64,000 nucleotides of DNA from Tubulanus polymorphus (Eukaryota > Animalia > Nemertea). The notes beneath the pieces were generated by a model, which had not been told where the DNA came from, made no database searches, and saw only the letters and a program-made list of their open reading frames with translations. Within the stretch, counting starts at the first letter, position 1; the number at the start of each line of letters is the position of its first letter. The stretch is from the NCBI RefSeq assembly GCF_964204645.1, contig NC_134028.1:15507653-15571652 (forward strand). Direction: 5' to 3'. The translations under genes and the position numbers were made by a program. This document shows positions 59,036-64,000 of this stretch, piece after piece.

Positions 59036-61150
59036 AAATATAGCTGCAAAGCAGCGATAACGGGTTTTCTGCACAGTCTTAGAATCCTGTTCAACGGTGG
59101 ATTTCGACGAAGCATTTGATAAGGCACAACATTAGCCATTACTAAACAGGCTATTAGGAAACAGTATCAATGATAGGTCGCCTAAATGGCTCAGCAGTTA
59201 TCTCTGAACGAAAACTTGTAGCTGAAATCAACGGAACGCCTCATCTTGGAATAAGTCGGTCAAACTAGTGGAGTCACGCAAGGTAGTATCCTAAGTCGTC
59301 TTCTGTTTAATGTCCTGACAAATGGCATACACAGTAATCCAAAATATACCAGACCGAGTAAATTTCCAAATCGACCTTTACACGCTGTTCGACCAAAAAA
59401 CTTAATGTTCCAACAAGAAAATCTTGTTCGAATGAAAATAATTCTGTTTGATCGAACAATACGCTTTTTGCTTGAACCAAAAATTTTCTTCATTCTGAAA
59501 AAAATTTGTTCGAATAAAAAGCTATGTTATTGTTGAAATGATGAAAAAAAAATTGGTTGAGCGCAAAACAATTTTTTTCGAACGAATGTTTGAATGAAAA
59601 CAATTCTGTTCGATTGAACGAAATACTTTCGGTTCGGAGAAAAACTTTTTTCAATATACTTGTTAGAACGAAAAACTTAATGTTCTGACAAGAAAATTCT
59701 GTTCAAATTAAAACGATTCTGTTCAATTGAATGATTGTTCGAACGAAAAACCTTTCGTTTGGACAAAAAAAAGTTTGTTCAACTTTGTTCTAACGATTTT
59801 TTCAAATTGGTTCAATTGTATAGAATATTATTGGTTCGAACGAAATAAAGTTTGTTCCGACGAAAGAATTTTCAAGCGGAAGGTCTTTTGAACGAAAAAA
59901 AAAAGATATTTCTGGTGCTCCGCAGTAACTCAAAGCCAGACGTAGGTTGTTCTTGTGACACGATGCGATCCTCGCGTTGCATCGCAAGTTTCGATGCAAG
60001 TCGCTTGCAATACGATTGAGTGCGACTAGTTTCTGCCAGTCGCAAGAGCGCGTCGGTTGGTTGTGACAGTCGTGTCGCGTCGCAGAAAGTAGAACACGTA
60101 CGACTCCATGTGACTGGCGTTGCTGAAAGATGAGGACGCCAGTGATATGACGACTGAGTTTCAAGTCGTCAAAACGTCACGATATGTCGACATATTCATG
60201 TCGAATTGATGCGATATATCGACATAAATATGACGACTTGTCGAGTTGGAACGCAACAACTCGAGGCCCTTTATCGCTTCCGTAGATCTTTCATTAAGTA
60301 GGATCACTTGAATGATCGCTTTAATATCACTTTTAAAAAAAAGAATCTGCCAAAATGACTTTAATATTCGACACTATATCTACGGAAGCGATAAGGGGCC
60401 TCGAGATGACGCGTTCCAACTCGACAAGTTGCCATATTATTGTCGACATACCGTGATATATCGCGTCAAGTCGACATGAATATGTCGATATATCGTGACG
60501 TTTTGACGACATATTTCGTTTTCACGACCACTTTCCTCGCGACAAGTCGACATATTCATGACGACTTGAAACTCAGTCGTCATATTACTGGCGTCCTCAT
60601 CTTACATTTAGACATGTCTTCAAATGACGGCTAGTCCCGTGGAAAATGAGCAAATAAGCGAAATTTGTCGTGAAAACGTCACGATATGTAGACATATTCA
60701 TGTGGACTTGACACGATATATCGCGATATATCGACATAAATATGGCGACTTGTCGAGTTTGAACGCGACAACTCGAGGCCCTTTATCGCTTCCGTACTAT
60801 ATCAGATTAATCGACTTCAAAATAGGCGAAAGCATAAGTCTTTATTACATTATTAATTGGCCTAATTATTCAAAAGCTAATAATGTGGGCGACAAAACCA
60901 AAAAAATTAATTGTTGCAGGCGATAAAACCAAAATAATCAATTGTCGCTGGCGATAAAACAAAAATATTGAATTGTCGCGGGCGACAAAACCAAAAAAAT
61001 GAATTGTGGCGGGCGATAAAACCAAAAGAATGAATTGTCTCGGGCGACAAAACCAAAATAATGAATTATTGCGGGCGATAAAACCAAAATATTGAATTGT
61101 CGCGGGCGACAAAACCAAAAAAATTGTCGCGGGCGACAAAAACAAAATAT
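59036..61150 (-). mobile_element. Inverted copy of the HINE 3' composite segment (homologous to ~46000-48006)
   Basis: AAATATAGCTGCAAAGCAGCGATAACGGGTTTTCTGC at 59036, followed by the same MITEs and satellite in reverse. Confidence 0.75.
60383..60794. mobile_element. Copy of the TA-TSD MITE
   Basis: TA|CGGAAGCGATAAGGGGCC...GGCCCTTTATCGCTTCCG|TA. Confidence 0.75.
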
Positions 61151-62112
61151 ACAAGAGCCCCAAGGGGCACAATGGCCAGCCTGTCAGATTTGCTTTTTAT
61201 AAATGATGTAATCTGTTGGTTATATTTATCAATATACACTCCCTGCTCAATATCATTTACATAGTAAAATCGTGTGTTAACACAGACAGCAGGAACGAAT
61301 GTAATATAGAAATACGAAGTTATTGTATTGTTCAACGCCCCCTGGTGGCCATATACAAAAACCAATGAGCTTGAAACTCACCAAGATCATAGACCATGTC
61401 ATGAGCTACAACTTTCCAATTGATTGTGGTAGCAAAATATGCATAGGTACGAATGTAATATAGAAATACTAAGTTATTGTATCGTTCAACGCCCCCTGGT
61501 GGCCATAAACAAAAACCAATGAGCTTGAAACTCACCTCGATCATAGAACGTCAAGCTACAACTTTCCAATTGATTATAGTAGCAAAATATGCTTAAGTAT
61601 CAATTATGATGTGGAAAAACTTTTTTCCACCTACGAATGAGTACTGATGACTCCAAGATGGCCGCCAAGTGCGTCGTAATTGCCTGGTCAAAATACCCTC
61701 TCGGATATAAAAGATCCCTTTCCAAAGAATACCCATTACAAATTGCAATGAAACATGGCACACCATTAGAAAGCTACAGTACTCAGAATTCAGGCCAAAA
61801 TTGACATTTTTGGGAACAAAAAAGGTCACAGTACAGCCATCTTGAGTCCGATCGACCCAATTTTTCTCATGCCGATGGACCCACGGGGGAAACAAATATA
61901 TACGAATTATCAAGGTTATTGATAAAAGTGTCTTCAAAATTTCCCTCGAAAACTTCAAAAATGTGTAAAAAGTGCTGATTTTGGCGAACAACAATGGCTG
62001 CCAGTCGGCCATCTTGAATCTGACAGGGCCAGTTTTTGGCCTGAAGATGTGTCTAGGGTAGATACACGTATAAACCAAATATCAAGACATTACCTTGAAG
62101 CCTCTTCAAAAC
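61151..62112 (-). mobile_element. Diverged relative of the second HINE family, truncated
   Basis: 61560-62110 is homologous (reverse complement) to 42805-43370. 3' stem-loop GCCCC-TT-GGGGC at ~61157-61168. Confidence 0.6.
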
Positions 62113-62114
62113 TT

Positions 62115-62210
62115 TGGAACTCTCACGAACTATCTAGATGGTTATCTCCCGACCTCAATAGCTTCAAGACCCATCTCAAAACAACTTTGTTCCATGCAGC
62201 ATACCATTAA
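62115..62210 (+). pseudogene. Short 3' fragment of a CR1/L2-like LINE ORF2
   Basis: Reads WNS...NSFKTHLKTTLFHAAYH*, resembling the WNSLP..FKxxLKTxLF C-terminus. Confidence 0.4.
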
Positions 62211-63537
62211 CTCTCGGAAAGCGAATTGTATTTAACATTTTTTGGCAGAATAAAATTTGATTGAATTTGCAATATGGGCACATGGCTAATTAGCATATCA
62301 AGGTCATACACCCGATTTGGTAAAACCATTTTTTTCGCGAACCTTGCGCAATTGTCAAGGATGAATTTTCTGTAGAGCAAATAAAAATTCCTCCCAAACA
62401 CCAAATCAACTAAAGATTTCATAGAAATCGATCTTGAAATACAATTTTAAATCTTAAAATAAAACCCGGAAGTAAAACAGTAGACGATACCGCGGGTTCA
62501 CGTGAACACCTGATTTCTGTAAACGAAATGTTGGTTGTGACAAAATTGTTCAGACGGTTTTAGGTGGTAATAAGTACGGAAACGTAACGACCATGGTCGA
62601 CTTATTCGATGAAATCAGGCCTATGTGATATCCAAATTTTGACTTTTTTATTCTCCAGACCTCCCTGATATAGAAATAAAAAATTTTGGTGGTACGAAAG
62701 TGCAATCACAGCGCCGACGGGGACAGAGCCGTGTCAGAGATCGGCGGAATGAAAATTGAGGTGGACGAACACGAAGAAGTAGGCTATTGCGCTACTTGAA
62801 TCACGAAAACTCCTGGCGCGGCCCCGACGCTTTTCGTGGATTAAGTAATACAAATATCATGCAATGGGTTTTCACAATCTACCGCTGGTATTTACCGGAT
62901 TTCAATATCACTCCAAAATTCAAAGAAACCTCGAAATATCGAACCGGAACACTTCCGGTAGATATCCGCGGCTGCCCAACCGGGAAACTTATTTGTTTCA
63001 ATAGATATTGATAGGATCCATCATCTTCACGCGTCAAGGGATTCGAACCCACTAAGCTAAAGCCATGCCAGAATCGGGTCGGGCCAATCACAGCGCTTGT
63101 AACAAACCACATTAGGCTTCTGTGGAATTTCCCAGTAAACGGGCCAATCAGCGAACACGTAGCGAACGCGGAAGTATTGTCGCGTGTTGATACATGACGT
63201 CATGCGCAAAAGCGCCAGTAATGAAATCGCGATAATTCACGTGAACAGCTGCTGATATTTTCAGATAAACCAATCACAGGGAGGACACAACTTCCTGATT
63301 GGCTGATAAAAATTGAAATTTTCCCGATTTAACTTTCGTGAAAAATGCAGAAAACATTTTTATGAGACCCTATTTCAAAATTCTGCTCGCTACGATTCCG
63401 AGAATGGATTACGCTTGAATACGTGATTTGTTCGAATATGCCCTCACTTGACAAGCAAAAGAGCCTTTTGTGTGGAAACCATGTCATTTAAATTCGCTCC
63501 ATTTGTATAGTAATAGGCTCAGCCTACGGCTGGCCTA

Positions 63538-64000
63538 AAAACCAAAATAATGAATTGTCGCGGGCGACAAAACCAAAATAATGAATTGTCGCGGGCGATA
63601 AAACCAAAATAATAAATTGTCGCAGGCGATAAAACCAAAAAAATGAATTGTCGCGGGTGATAAAACCAAAATCATGAATTGTCGCGGGCGACAAAACCAA
63701 AATATTCAATTGTCGCGGGCGACAAAACCAAACTAATGAATTGTCGCGGGCGATAAAACCAAAATAATGAATTGTCGCAGGCGATAAAACCAAAATATTG
63801 AAGTGTCGCAGGCGATAAAACCGCGACAAAAAGAAAAAAAAATTGTCGCGGGCGATGAAACCAAAATAATGAATTGTCGCAGGCGATAAAACCAAAATAT
63901 TGAAGTGTCGCAGGCGATAAAACCGCGACAAAAAGAAAAAAAAATTGTCGCGGGCGATGAAACCAAAATAATGAATTGTCGCAGGCGATAAAACCAAAAT
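63538..64000. repeat. 31-bp satellite, reverse orientation, runs off the window
   Basis: Read directly. Confidence 0.93.

Overview
Repeat-rich eukaryotic DNA, probably from an invertebrate animal. No host gene is recognisable. The window is a nested stack of mobile elements. (1) A 14,870-bp Polinton/Maverick (polintovirus/adintovirus-like) provirus at 22520-37389 has 85-bp TIRs, a TATGTC TSD and empty sites visible at 48689 and 54416. It encodes a protein-primed PolB, rve integrase, packaging ATPase, major and minor capsid proteins, a VLTF3-like factor and several small membrane proteins; many of these genes are disrupted. Its PolB carries a 354-codon LAGLIDADG intein in motif C (YFD^TDA) that resembles the mimivirus PolB intein. 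Nearly every gene starts with a poxvirus-late-type T-tract/TAAATG motif, which suggests a virophage-like parasite of a large DNA virus. (2) A non-autonomous fold-back derivative with related termini (ends at 1886 and 20550, CATATA TSD) has arms that run into a 24-bp satellite. (3) An older Polinton has its capsid gene split into halves at 10621-11243 and 56609-57231 by a Helentron/DINE-1-like (HINE) array that contains both younger insertions. Segment 4867-17656 is inverted relative to the rest. The remainder is 24-bp and 31-bp satellites, HINEs, MITEs and a solo LTR. Most ORF-track entries in the satellites are spurious.
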